A stretch of 64,000 bases of DNA from the human T2T-CHM13v2.0 reference genome, Homo sapiens. The notes under the pieces are model-generated. The model saw nothing but the letters and a program-made list of their open reading frames with translations, made no database searches and was not told the DNA's origin. The stretch's first letter is position 1, and every line of letters starts with the position of its first letter. The stretch lies in NCBI RefSeq assembly GCF_009914755.1, contig NC_060936.1; one strand, given 5' to 3'. The translations under genes were made by a program, and so were the position numbers. Below, in pieces: positions 1 to 33,797 of this stretch.

Positions 1-920
<920 letters not shown>

Positions 921-924
921 ATTC

Positions 925-1170
925 TGTTGGCAGTTTGCTTCTTCATGGCCAACATAAGAATTTCTATTTTTGGTCAGCTGAAACGGAGTCTTATATAAAG
1001 CTCACAAGAGTGACTTTCCCATCACCTTCGCTATATAATGTAACCTAATCAAAGCAGCAACTACTGCCCACATCATACAGAACTTCAGCCCATACTCAAA
1101 GGGAATAGGTTGTACAGGGCAAGTACACCAGAGAGTTGGAATCTTGAGGGCTATCTTAGAATTCTGCATA
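925..1170 (-). mobile_element. MLT1E/F-like MaLR LTR fragment
   Basis: gcttcttcatggccaac, catcaccttcgctatat, gggctatcttagaattctg motifs. Confidence 0.55.
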
Positions 1171-1744
1171 CAGTAAATATTAAGTAAATATCATAGGATA
1201 TTTATAAAAATGTATATGGAAGATATAATAAAGATATTGTAACAAACACCTGAGTACCCACTATTCATTTTTAGAAAAAAAGTATTATAAAATTTGAAGT
1301 TCCATATACCTATCCCACTTCCTGTCCATCGATCTTCAATCCTATTCATTAGTATGTGCTTTTCTTTATAGTTTTTGCCATGTTTGTATCCCTCAACAAT
1401 ATATGGTTTGTTTTGCAAAGTTTAACCTTATGGAAATGAAATTATCTGTATGTATTGACAATATCATGGTTCTGGGATTCAACCATGTTGTTCATTTTCA
1501 CTTCCGTGTAACATTTCGTGGTACGGATATACCATAGTTTATATTCTACTCTATTATGGATGGATATTTCTGTTCTAATTTTTGGCTATTCCAAACAATC
1601 CTGGCCATGAACATTCTTTTACATGGCTCTGTATATCTTGTGGAAATGTTTCTGTAGGTTATATATGCAGATGTGAAATTGATGTGTTATGGGATATGTA
1701 CAATTTCAGTATCATTAGTATTGCCAAATTATTTTCTAAAATAA

Positions 1745-1953
1745 GGCTGGGAAACATGGCAAAATCTCATCTCTTCAAAAAATACAAAAAGTAGGTGGGT
1801 GTGGCAGAATGCACCTGTGGTCCCAGCTACTCAGGAGGTGCAGGTGGGAGGATCACCTGAGCCTGGGGATATCAAGGGTGCAGTGAGCTGTTATTATGCC
1901 ACTGTACTCCAGCCTGAATGACAGAGTGAGACCCTATCTCAAATAAAAAAAAA
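1745..1953 (+). mobile_element. AluJ partial
   Basis: Diverged Alu lacking the 5' part, with A tail. Confidence 0.8.
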
Positions 1954-2487
1954 AGTTACAATTTACAGTCTTATCACACCCTTGCTTTATATCCTTGCCA
2001 ACACCAGGAAATGAATTTCTACCAATGGCCAACATGAAATGGTATTTCATGGGAATTTTAATTTGTATTGTTCTGATTACTGCTGAGTTTAAGCATTTCC
2101 CCCTATTTTTCTACTCGGTTGCCTGTCTTCTTAATGCTTAGAGTTCTTTATATACTCTTGTACTAGTGTGTTGTCAACTATATGTGTTGCAAATATTTTT
2201 TTCTGCTCTGACATGCTATTTCAACTCTTTATGTTATATTGCAATATAATTTCTTAACTTTGCTATAGGCATGTATCAATTCTTTTATGGTTTGCACACT
2301 TTGAGCTTTATTTTATAAACTATTTCTTTACTTGAAGGTCATAAACATTCTCATCTTCTACATATTTTATACATTTGATTGTCAAATTATGAAATATTTT
2401 ATATTTTGTCTAATGTGTATGATTTAAGATAGGCCTCAAATTTCACTCATTTTCAAATGAATAATCTTTTTTGACCAGATTCAATGA

Positions 2488-2833
<346 letters not shown>

Positions 2834-3088
2834 GGATTTCTATATACATGGACTACTTATTCTCTACCCTTTTTCTACTTGTTTATCCCTATGTCATTGC
2901 CAAAATATCTTATAACTTCAAATTATGCTTGATATCTAGTTGGAGAAGTTATTTCCCCTGGGTTTTCTTTTTCTGGAGTGTCTTAGCTATTCTTGGCCTT
3001 TTTATTTTCTATGTAACTATTAACAACAGCATGAAAAGTTTTATTTAAAAACAATGGAGGATTAGATCCAAAAAGTCAGGGGCGCTCC

Positions 3089-6000
3089 TGGGATCATGGC
3101 CCAACAGGAGGCAGGACTAGATTGCAGCTCCATATAGAGCAGCATTTGGAGGCTTGCATTGTGAATTTTAGCTCCAGATTGATTGCAACAACAAACCAGC
3201 AATCCCAAGAGGACCCACAGACCCTCTGAAGGAAGCCAACTGCTCCTGCAGGACCTGGGAGACCCTCAAATAATGTGAGTGCCCCAACTGTGGAAGTGGG
3301 AAAGAGAGATTCCTCCTCTCCCGAACACACATCCCCACTGGAGAAGCTGAAGGTCCATTTGCGGGAGAAGTTTCTGACTTTACCTAGAGCTGAGTCAAGT
3401 TAGAGAGCCGAGTGAAATACAGGGGTAGAGGAAGCAGCAGTACGGCCCTGGGGGCTCGCTGGGTCCCCTAGCAGCCCGTTCCTGCCTGGCACCACAGGGA
3501 TCCACTGGAAGAGTGGCCAGAGGAGCAGCAAGTAAAACTCCACAGAGAGAAGGAATTCTCTAGCTGAACTTTGTAACAATTTGAACAGGGTGAGAAGCCT
3601 CCTGGCCAGAACTCGGGGGAGGGTGCAAATCTTGCGTGCAGACTTCACAGGTTGGGGAAGGACTAAATCCCTTTTATTTTGCAGCTGGGAAGCAGATAGC
3701 ATTGAGAGGTGACAGCGTGCTGGCAGCCCTTGCAGCCCTCACTCGCTCTCGGTGCCTCCTCGGCCTCGGTGCCCATTCTGGCCACGCTTGAGGAGCCCTT
3801 CAGCCCACCGCTGCACTGTGGGAGCCCCTTTCTGGGCTGGCCAAGGCAGGAGCCGGCTCCCTCAGCTTGCGGCGAGGTGTGGAGGGAGAGGTGCAGTCGG
3901 GAACCGGGGCTGTGTGCGGCACTTGCGGGCCAGCGCGAGTTCTGGGTGGGCGTGGGCTCTGCTGGCCCACACTTGGAGTGGCTGGCCAGCCCACAAGCCC
4001 TGGGCAGTGAGGGGCTTAGCACCTGGGCCAGCAACGCTGTGCTCGATTTCTCACCGGGCCTTAGCTGCCTCCCCACAGGGCAGGGCTCAGGACCTGCAGC
4101 CCGCCATGCCTGAGTCTCCCCCACCCACCCCGCTGTGGGCTCCTGTGCAGCCTGAACCTCCCTGAGGAGTGCCACCCCCTGCTCCATGGCACCCGGTCCC
4201 ACCAACTGCCAAGGGCTGAGTGTGGGTGCATGGCACAGGACTGGCAGGCAGCTCCACCTGCGCCCGGTGCGAGATCCACTGGGTGAAGCCAGCTGAGCTC
4301 CTGAGTCTAGTGGCAACTTGGAGAATCTTCATGTCTAGCTAAGGGATTGTGAATGCACCAATCGGCACTCTGTGTCTAGCTCAAGGTTTGTAAATGCACC
4401 AGTCAGCACTCTGTGTCTAGCTCAGGGTTTGTAAATACACCAATCAGCACTCTGTATCTAGCTAATCTAGTGGGGACGTGGAGAACTTTTGTGTCTAGCT
4501 CAGGGATTATAAACGCACCAATCGGCACCCTGTCAAAACAGACCAATTGGATCTCTATAAAATGGACCAATCAGCAGGATGTGGGTGGGGCCAGATAAGG
4601 GAATAAAAGCAGGCTGCCTGAGCCAGCAGTGGCAACCCGCTCCGGTCCCCTTCCACACTGTGGAGGCTTTGTTCTTTTGTTCTTTGCAATAAATCTTGCT
4701 GCTGCTCACTCTTTGGGTCCACATTGCCTTTATGAGCTGTAACACTCACCACGAAGGTCTGCAGCTTCACTCCTGAAGCCAGCGAGACCACGAACCCACC
4801 GGGAGGAACAAACAACTCCAGACACGCCACCTTAAGAGCTGTAACACTCACCGCGAAGGTCCGCAGCTTCACTCCTGAGCCAGCGAGACCACGAACCCAC
4901 CAGAAGGAAGGAACTCCGAACACATCCGAACATCAGAAGGAACAAACTCCAGACACGCCGCCTTTAAGAACTGTAACAGTCACCGCGAGGGTCCGCAGCT
5001 TCATTCTTGAAGTCAGTGAGACCAGGAACCCACCAATTCCGGACACAGCATCAGGCAAGTTTTCAAGCCCCTCTTACCCTCCACCTGGAAACAAACTCAG
5101 GGCTGTTGCGGGGACATGGTGGAAGTGAGACCTGCCTTTCACTTTGCATGGGAGCTGGGTGAGGCCTGTGACTGCTAGCTTTCCCCCACTTCCCTGACAA
5201 CCTGCATTACTTGGCAGAGGCAGCCATAACCCTCCTAGGTATACAACTCCAGTGACCTGGGAATCTCACCCCCATCCCCCACAGCAGCTATAGCTAGGCC
5301 TGCCCAAGGAGAGTCTGAGTTCAGACACACCTAGCCCCACCCCCATGTGATGGTCCTTCCCTATCCACCCAGGTAGTGGAAGACAAAGGGCATATAATCT
5401 TGGGAGTTCTAGGGCCCTGCCCACTCCGGGTCCCCCTCCACACTAGTATAGCTGATGCTTTCTGGAAAGCACCACCTCCTGACAGGAAGCCAATCAGCAC
5501 AAAAACAGAGCATTAAACCACCAAAGCCAAGGACCCTCAGGGAGTCCATTGCACCCTCCACCACCTCCACCAGAACAGGTGCTGGTAGCCACAGCTGAGA
5601 GATGCATAGATGGTTCACATCACAGGACTCTGCGCGGAAATCCCCCAGTACCAGCCCATAGCTGGGTAGACTTGCTGGGTGGCTAGACCCAAAAGAGAGG
5701 CAACAATCACTGCAGTTTGGCTCACAGGAAGCCACATCCATAGGAAAAGGGGGAGGGTACTAAATCAAGGCAATACCCCATGGGACAAAAGGATCTGAAC
5801 AACAGCCTTCAGCCCTAGACCTTCCCTATGACAGAGCCTACCCAAATGAGAAGGAACCAAAAAACCAACCCTGGTAATATGACAAAACAAGGCTCTGCAA
5901 CACCCCCCAAAAATCATACTAGTTCACCAGCAGTGGATCTAAACCAATAAGAAATCCCTGATTTACCTGAAAAAGAATTCAGGAGATTAGTTATTAAGCT

Positions 6001-7930
6001 AATCAGGGAGGGACCAGAGAAAGCCGAAGCCCAATGCAAGGAAATAAAAAAAAAAATAATACAAGAAGTAAAGGGAGAAATATTCAAGGAAACAGCTTAA
6101 AAAAAAGCAATCAAAAATTCAGGAAACTTTGGACACACTTTTAGAAATGCGAAATTCTCTGGAAAGTCTCAGCGATAGAATTGAATACGTAGAAAACAGA
6201 AATTCAGAGCTTGAAGACAAGGTTTTTGAATTAACCCAAACCAACAAAGACAAAGAAAAAAGAATAAGAAAATATGAACAAAGCCTCCAAGAAGTCTGGG
6301 GTTACAGGAAACGACCAAACCTAAGAAGAATTGGTGTTCCTGAAGAAGAAGAGAATTCTAAAATCTTGGAAAACATATGTAGGGGAATAATCAAGGAAGT
6401 CTTCCCCAGCCTTACTAGAGACCTAGACATTCAAATACAAGAAGCGTAACAAACTCCTGGGAAATTCATCACAAAATAGATCTTTGCCTAGGCACACTGT
6501 CATCAGGTTATGCAAAGTTAAGACAAAGGAAAGAATTTTAAGAGCTGTGAGACAGAAGCACCAGGCAACCTATAAATGAAACCCTTTCATATTAACAGCA
6601 GATTTCTCAGCAGAAACCCTGCAAGCTAGAAGGGTGAGGCCCTATCATCAGCCTCCTCAAACAAAACAATTATCAGGTAAGAATTTTGTATCCAGCAAAA
6701 ATAAGCATCATATACGAAGGAAAGATACAGTCATTTTCAGACAAATATGTGATACACCACATAAACAGGATTAAAAACAAAAACCACATGGTCATCTCAA
6801 TAGATGCAGAAATAGCATTTGATAAAATCTAGCATCCCTTTATGATTAAAACTCTCAGCAAAACTGGCATACAAGGGACAAAGGGACCCAAAAGCAAATT
6901 CAATAAAAACAAATATAAATAGCTGGGACCTAATTAAACTAAAGAGCTTTTGCACGGCAAAAGAACAGTCAGCAGAGTAAACAGACAACCCACAGAGTGA
7001 AAGAAAATCTTCACAATCTATACATGTGACAAAGGACTAATATTCAGAGTCTACAATGAATTCAAACAAATCAGTAAGAAAAAAACAATCCCATCAAAAT
7101 GCAGACTAATGATATGAATAGACAATTCTCAAAAGAAGATATACAAATGGCCAACATATGAAAAAATGCTCAACACCACTAATGATCACAGAAATGAAAA
7201 TCAAAACTACAATTCGATACCACCTTACTCCTGCAAGAATGGCCATAATCAAAATATCAAAAAACAGTATATGTTGGCATGGATGCAGTGAACAGGGAGT
7301 ACTTCTACACTACTGGTGGGAATGTAAACTAGTACAACCACTATGGAAAACAGTGTGGAGATTCCTTAAAGAACTAAAAGTAGAACTACCATTGGATCCA
7401 GTAATCCCACTACTGGGTATCTACCCAGGGGTAAAGAAGTTATTAATCGAAAAAGATACTTGCACATGCATGTTCATAGCAGCACAATTGCAAAACAGTG
7501 AAACCAACCGAAATGCCCATCGATCAACGAGTGGATGAAGAAACTGTGGTATATTTATATACAATGGAATACTATACAGCCATAAAAGAAATAAATTAAC
7601 AGCATTTGCAGTGACCTGGATGAGATCGGAGACTATTATTCTAAGTGAAGTAACTCAGGAATGGAAAACGAAACATCGTATGTTCTCACTGATAAGTGAG
7701 AGCTAAGCTATGAGGACGCAAAGGCATAAGAATGATACAATGGACTTTGGGGACTTGGAGGGAGGAGTGGGAGGGGGGACGAGGGATTAAAAGACTACAC
7801 ATATGGTGCAGTGTATACTGCTTAGGTGATATGTGCACCAAAGTCTCACAAATCACCACTAAAGAACTTACTCATGTAACCAAATACTAACTGTACCCCA
7901 ATAACTTATGGAAAAATAAAAATAATAATT
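3089..7930 (+). mobile_element. L1PB-family LINE-1 (5'UTR, degenerate ORF1, two ORF2 pieces, 3'UTR), internally deleted and interrupted by LTR12
   Basis: L1PBa-type 5' end (gggatcatggc..gcaggactagattgcagctcc). ORF1 remnant from ATG 5846 (RPNLRRIGVPE). RT fragment ([18 protein letters not shown]) ~6746-6880. ORF2 C-terminus ([16 protein letters not shown]) 7158-7538. L1PB 3' end and A-rich tail. Confidence 0.9.
3703..5047 (+). mobile_element. Solo LTR12 (probably LTR12C, ERV9)
   Basis: Starts TGAGAGGTGACAGCGTGCTGGCAG and ends CCAATTCCGGACACA; 4-bp TSD GCAT (3699-3702/5048-5051); ~41-bp CCAAT tandem units 4330-4575; TATA-like GAATAAAAG ~4601; three U5 repeats. Confidence 0.95.
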
Positions 7931-8011
7931 TTAAAAACGTCATTGCCCCTCCCCCCCAAAAACTGGAACTTTTATTTGCAATTGTATTGAAACTGTAAAT
8001 CATTTTGGAGA

Positions 8012-8377
8012 TGTATTTGTTTTCTAGGTCTGCCATAACAGATGTTGGTGGCTTAAACAATGGAAATTTATTTTCTCACAGTTCTAGAGGCTAGAAGTCC
8101 AAGACTAAGGTCTGTAAATTTCCTTTCTTCTCTGAGGCCTTTCCCCATGACTTGCAGATGGCCACCTTCTCACTCTGTCCTCATCTGGTCATTCCTTTGT
8201 GTTGTCTGTGTCCTCATCTCCTCTTCTCAATAAAGATAACTGTTGCATTGGATTAAGGCCCACCCATATGACCTAATTTTACCTTACTTATCCAAATACA
8301 GTCACATTCTGAGATAGTGAGGATTAGGACTTTAACATAGGAATTTGGAGGAGGGGAACCCAATTCAGTCCATAACA
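8012..8377 (-). mobile_element. MaLR solo LTR (MLT1B/C-like)
   Basis: TG...CA ends; MLT1 motifs (ggcttaaacaa, tctcacagttctagaggctagaagtccaaga); 5-bp TSD GGAGA. Confidence 0.85.
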
Positions 8378-9104
8378 GGAGAGCACTGATATTTTCCCAA
8401 AATTGAACCTGCCAACCCACAAACACAATATATCCATTTTCCATTTATTTTAATATTATTTAATGCCTTTAATAGAGAACGATACATTTTGCTGAGAGGC
8501 ATTAAATAATATTGAACATCATGTTGGGTATTCCTTTATTTAACGAGATCCCCTTTTCTCCTTTTTGTACTATGGTTTAAGTCCTAGAAGGTTGACATTT
8601 ATGGACCCCATTAAAGGGCTCCCTTGTCTTCTGGGCTCTGGCTGGGTTTGACCAATGGGAAGCATGGGAGATCTAAAAGTAGATATTCATTTCCCCACTT
8701 CTTCCCCATGGCTGTGCTGATGATAATTGGGAGCAGTTGTGTTCTTCTACTGATTATTCCAGCTCTCGCCCAGAGCCTTCTCCTGCAACCGTACCTTTCT
8801 CAAATAAATCAGGTTCAGATAACTGCTCCCTTTCAGTTTCTCATTCAGATCTATGGTTAGTGCCCTATTTTCTCCTTGTTGTTTACTTTTGATCCTGGCC
8901 ACACTTCTGTAACTAATCCCTTCATTACACTGCTCTCAACTTCTACATTTCAGCGTGCCAGTTTTTTTTCTGCTGGGGAGTACACTTTGTTTTTTTATTC
9001 CTATGTACTTTATAATTCTTGATGCTATTTAACATGGCATATTTTAAAATTACATTTTTTGTTGTTGCTAATGTATAGAAATGTGATTTCTTCATTACAC
9101 TTAA

Positions 9105-9128
9105 AACAACAACAACAACAACAACAAA
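9105..9128. repeat. (AAC)n microsatellite
   Basis: Seen directly in sequence. Confidence 0.9.
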
Positions 9129-9245
9129 ACCCAGTAACCTAGGCATCGCACCCAGCCTGGGTAACATAGTGAGACTTCATCTCTTCTAAAAAAAGAAAAA
9201 AACAACTTCAGTAACCTTTCTAAATTCTCTCATTAATTCCAATAA

Positions 9246-9559
9246 TTTTTATTTTTATTTTTTTCTTTTGAGACATGGTCTTACCTCATTGTCCAGGCTG
9301 CAGTGCAGTGGCAGAAATTGGGCTTATTGCAGCCATGAACTTCTGGGCTCAAGCGATCCTCCTGCCTCAGTGTCCCGTGTAGCTGGGATCACAGTAGTGT
9401 ACCACCATGCCTGGCTAATTTTTTTATTTTTTTGTAGAGCCTGGGTCTCACTTTGTTGCCCAGACTGGTCTTGAACTCCTGGGCTGGAGTGATCCTCCCA
9501 TCTCAGCCTCCCAAAGTACTGGGAACTGGAATTACAGGCATGAGCCACCACACCTTGCC
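9246..9559 (-). mobile_element. AluJ
   Basis: Diverged full dimer, antisense. Confidence 0.88.
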
Positions 9560-11058
9560 TCTTTTCTTTGTATATAACCTCTAAAACAATTTCTAATCAC
9601 AGATTTACAACTTTCTTTGGAAGATTTATGCATTTTTAAGTTACCTGAACATCTAGTACGATGCTGTATTGAAGAGGCAGTAGCAATCATCTGTCTCGTA
9701 CCTAATCTAATACAGAATGCTTTCTGTATTTCACCATTAGGTGTGGGGTTTCAGATATTCTATGAGGTTAAAAAAGTCCCTTCTATTTCTAGTGTCTCAG
9801 AATTCTTATAAGTGAAAGAATGCTGAATTCTATCAAAAACTTCTTACACATCTTTTGATATGATTTTCTTTAATCTTTTAATATTGTTAATTATATCAAT
9901 TACATTAACCTGTCTTCTAATATTAAATTGACCTTGAAGCCTACCCAATTGGTCATAATACACAATACTCTTAGAACTCAGAATCCAAATGAGCAGGAAA
10001 TAATACATTCTTTAGAGCCAAGTATGTACCATAACTTACCAATTATATTCTTATCTACACACAATGAGCAATAAATGAACATGTATCAGTATCTGACCAC
10101 TTGTGTCATTTTGAGTGGGTCTTTTATTTACCTCCATCAGTAATGCAACAATCTATTTAATCAGTAAACAGTCATGCTGAGTATTCACTAAATGCCATTC
10201 ACTTTTCTGGCACTAGAGTACAAATGACAAAGCCATAACCATTGCCATTAAGGAGTTCATAAATGTGTGAGTGGTGCGTATGTGTGAGACAAAAGGGAGA
10301 GGATGGCACAAAGGAGGAGTCGAACAAGATAAAATGAAAAACATATATAGTAAGTGCTTTACCGTAAGTGAATGAACGAGAGTACTAAGGAAAAAGAATG
10401 GAGACGTATTTCAAGTTCTCACGTTGTTTGACTCGAATCTTGTAGACGGTGTTTGCTGCAAAAAGATGAAGAAAACATTCACAGACATTTATGTTGATTA
10501 CATATTTATTGCTATGTGCCCAGACGTTTTGACCTTGGGGATAAAGTAGCAAAGAAAACACAAAAATCTCTGTTGTATTGGGTTTACATTCTATCAATAA
10601 AGATACAACTTGCCCAGAGAAAAGCCCTCTCCTGGTTAGGAAACAGTATCAACAATTAACAGCTCTGGTGGTTTCACAGAGCCACAGTGGGCTGCCTGCT
10701 GCAGACAATATCAGAGTTTGTTTATATTTAAATATTATTTTAATATTTCTATTTTTGTCCATGTATTATAATGCACATCTATGTAATTTGCAAATCATCA
10801 CTCATATATACATCATATCAAAAGGTGTAAAAGTTTTTGATAGAATTCAGCATTCATTCGCTTATAAAATGAGTGAAGGCTCACTTTACGGATGAGAGTA
10901 TTTCATCAAAAAAATTGGGGATCTACGACTCTAGAGTTCTCCGAAGTCCACCAAGGAAAAAGTAACTTGAATTTAATCGCATTTAAAACTATATAGTATC
11001 CACTCCTAAAACATTAGCAACATAGGAAAACTTACACAGCGGAAGAAATGACTGGGGA

Positions 11059-11217
11059 TTTTTTTTTTTTTTTTAATACATGGTCTCGCTCTGTTGCCCA
11101 GGCTGGAGTGCGGTGGCGCGAGCACCGCTTACTGCGGTGTCGACCTCTCGGGCTCGAGTTATCCTCCCACCTCAGCCTTCCAAGTAGGTGGGACCACAGG
11201 CACCACCACTCCAAGCC
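11059..11217 (-). mobile_element. Alu right-arm monomer (FRAM/AluJ-like), CpG-rich
   Basis: Poly(T) + tctcgctctgttgcccaggctggagtg... Confidence 0.85.
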
Positions 11218-11963
11218 CGTATATGGTTTTTAAATAAGACAAATTGCAAAAAACGTTGCCAGACAGCGTTCGCTGGTTTGGGCCGTCACTGGGTATGGCT
11301 CGTGTCCGTCTAGATATTCAGAGGCCGAGCACAGTCCTCAGTAGGGCTGCTCGGCAGGTACACAGCTGACGCTGGTCCTTGGACTTATGGGAGTGGGAAC
11401 AACTTTCAACTCGGCCGCGGACCAGGAAGGCGTTCTGACCCGCTAGAGCTCGGGGACAGGGACCCCATCCCGGTGCCTAGAGCGTCTCCCTTAGTCGGCG
11501 TGGGCCAGCGCCAGTTACCTCACGAGCACTGAACTAGCGCCTGCGCCCTTCTATACTTCTCGCTCTTTCTTCAAGTCACTTCTACCCGGCGAGCCCGCCC
11601 TCCCGCCAATCGTCATTTCCGGCGGGTGCTCTGCGTCATTTACGTCGTCACTTCCTGCCGATGCCGGTGTGGACGCTGTGAATCGTGGCTGGCCCGGTTC
11701 TCCGCTTCTCCCCATCCCCTACTTTCCTCCCTCCCTCCCTTTCCCTCCCTCGTCGACTGTTGCTTGCTGGTCGCAGACTCCCTGACCCCTCCCTCACCCC
11801 TCCCTAACCTCGGTGCCACCGGATTGCCCTTCTTTTCCTGTTGCCCAGCCCAGCCCTAGTGTCAGGGCGGGGGCCTGGAGCAGCCCGAGGCACTGCAGCA
11901 GAAGAGAGAAAAGACAACGACGACCCTCAGCTCGCCAGTCCGGTCGCTGGCTTCGCCGCCGCC

Positions 11964-32235
<20,272 letters not shown>

Positions 32236-32740
32236 GCGTCAATCATATGTTGCAGTTAGTATACAACTGACTAAAACAAGCAAGCAGAGAAAAGCATCAG
32301 CCTTCCAGAGTTACTGTCTGCTTAAGGCAGAAACAGCAGTAAATAATGAGGAAAATGAATTAGCTCCAGTGCTGGAACAACTAACTAACTTGGTGTTACC
32401 TGTAAGTGAAAACTCAAGTGTCAGATGAAGGGAGGTGGAGTTATCCTCTTATAGTACAGTGGCCTGTTATCTTTTTAATGAATATATACAAGCCAACATC
32501 CAATTTCTATTATTACAATTAGGGTTCTTGTAGCTGTTTATGTTAATATGGAGAAGAAAACTATATTGGCTGATTTTTTCTGATCTTAAAGCAGAATGCC
32601 TTTTCTTTTTTTGCTTCAGTTGTAAAGAAGAGGGAATACATGATAAAGTAACTGGTTTGATTTCTCGTTCATTGTACACTGCCTCTGAACATCTAATTGT
32701 TTTTAGTTGTCTAAATAAAATGCCTCTAAAACAAAACAAT
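32236..32740 (+). other. STRAP: STRAP 3' UTR (~500 nt)
   Basis: Repeat-free stretch between the stop codon and the AATAAA/GU-rich cleavage region; end approximate. Confidence 0.8.
32714..32719 (+). terminator. STRAP: STRAP polyadenylation signal AATAAA
   Basis: AATAAA followed ~20 nt later by a GU/U-rich element (gtttggtttttttgggg). Confidence 0.85.
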
Positions 32741-33797
32741 GTTTGGTTTTTTTGGGGAAAAACTACTAATGTGAGTTTTATAAGTGGAAATAGCCAGAAG
32801 GTTTTTCTGTATCATAACCATAGCAAAAGGTAAGCCAATTAATCTGTAGTAAACATTATTTTATAATATTGAGATTCAGTTACTTGTCCTGAATTTTTGA
32901 AATTCTTATGTCCTTTACTAGTGTTTCATTTACCTTCTCTATTCCCAGATTGGATAGAAGTGCTTGACATGCCTTTTTAAACAATTATTTAAATAATACA
33001 TGCTAGTTATAAGAAAAAAAAAATCAACTGAAATTTAGCAGTAAGCTGAAAGATCACTTAAAATCCTACCACTCCTCAAAAAACTATTAAAATCAAATGA
33101 CCATGAATGCATGTTAGGGCATCTCTGTATGTATATACAGATAGATAGAATGGATTTTATAAAAATGGGATTACTATAGTCCTGCAGTGGTTTAAGAAGT
33201 ATGGAATTTTACCTCATTCTTTAAATTTGGGTGGCATTCAGAAAGCCCTTCTAAAACCTTCTAATAAATTGGATCAGCTGAGTTTAGACTTGTAATTTAT
33301 TTTTTAAAACAAAGAGGGCATATTAAATGAGTAATTTGGAAATACTTCAGATGAATAAATAACATCTCTGCAACTTCCTTTTTCTCCTGATCAGTCCTGT
33401 GAGTGACCCTTGATAACTTTTCTTAAAAGCAATATGAGTCAACCAAAGAATAAGATTAATTTTTGAGGATTTGTGATAACCAGAAGAAAGCACTGTAGGC
33501 TGTGACAACCTGTGAGGGCCGAGAGAAATACAGGGGAGCCAACTGGTGATCCATATTGGCTTTCATAGAGTGGTAGTATTTTTGTGTCAGCTTGTTACAT
33601 GCCTGAACCTCTGGATTGCAGCAGTGTTGTCATTGTACCAGCAGTTGCTCAGACTCTAATCAGAGTCTGATTTACCCTCAATAAAGTTCTGTACGCATCA
33701 GATTGGAATCATGAAGTTGCTTGTTATTTATGAACCAAGGGAATTTCTCCTTAGGTTTCATAAAAGTCTAATGACCCTGTACAGGTACAGTCCTTTG

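Noticed and set aside
3400-4923. Long GC-rich ORFs on both strands (e.g. 3663..4316, 217 aa)
   Set aside because: They lie within LTR12/L1 5'UTR; stop-poor GC-rich sequence with no recognisable protein.
4330-5047. Regularly spaced repeats resembling a CRISPR-like array
   Set aside because: Normal LTR12 U3/U5 tandem units with no unique spacers; eukaryotic context.
6129-7538. ORFs 6129..6449 and 7158..7538 as genes
   Set aside because: Fragments of dead L1 ORF1p/ORF2p with flanking stops, frameshifts and deletions.
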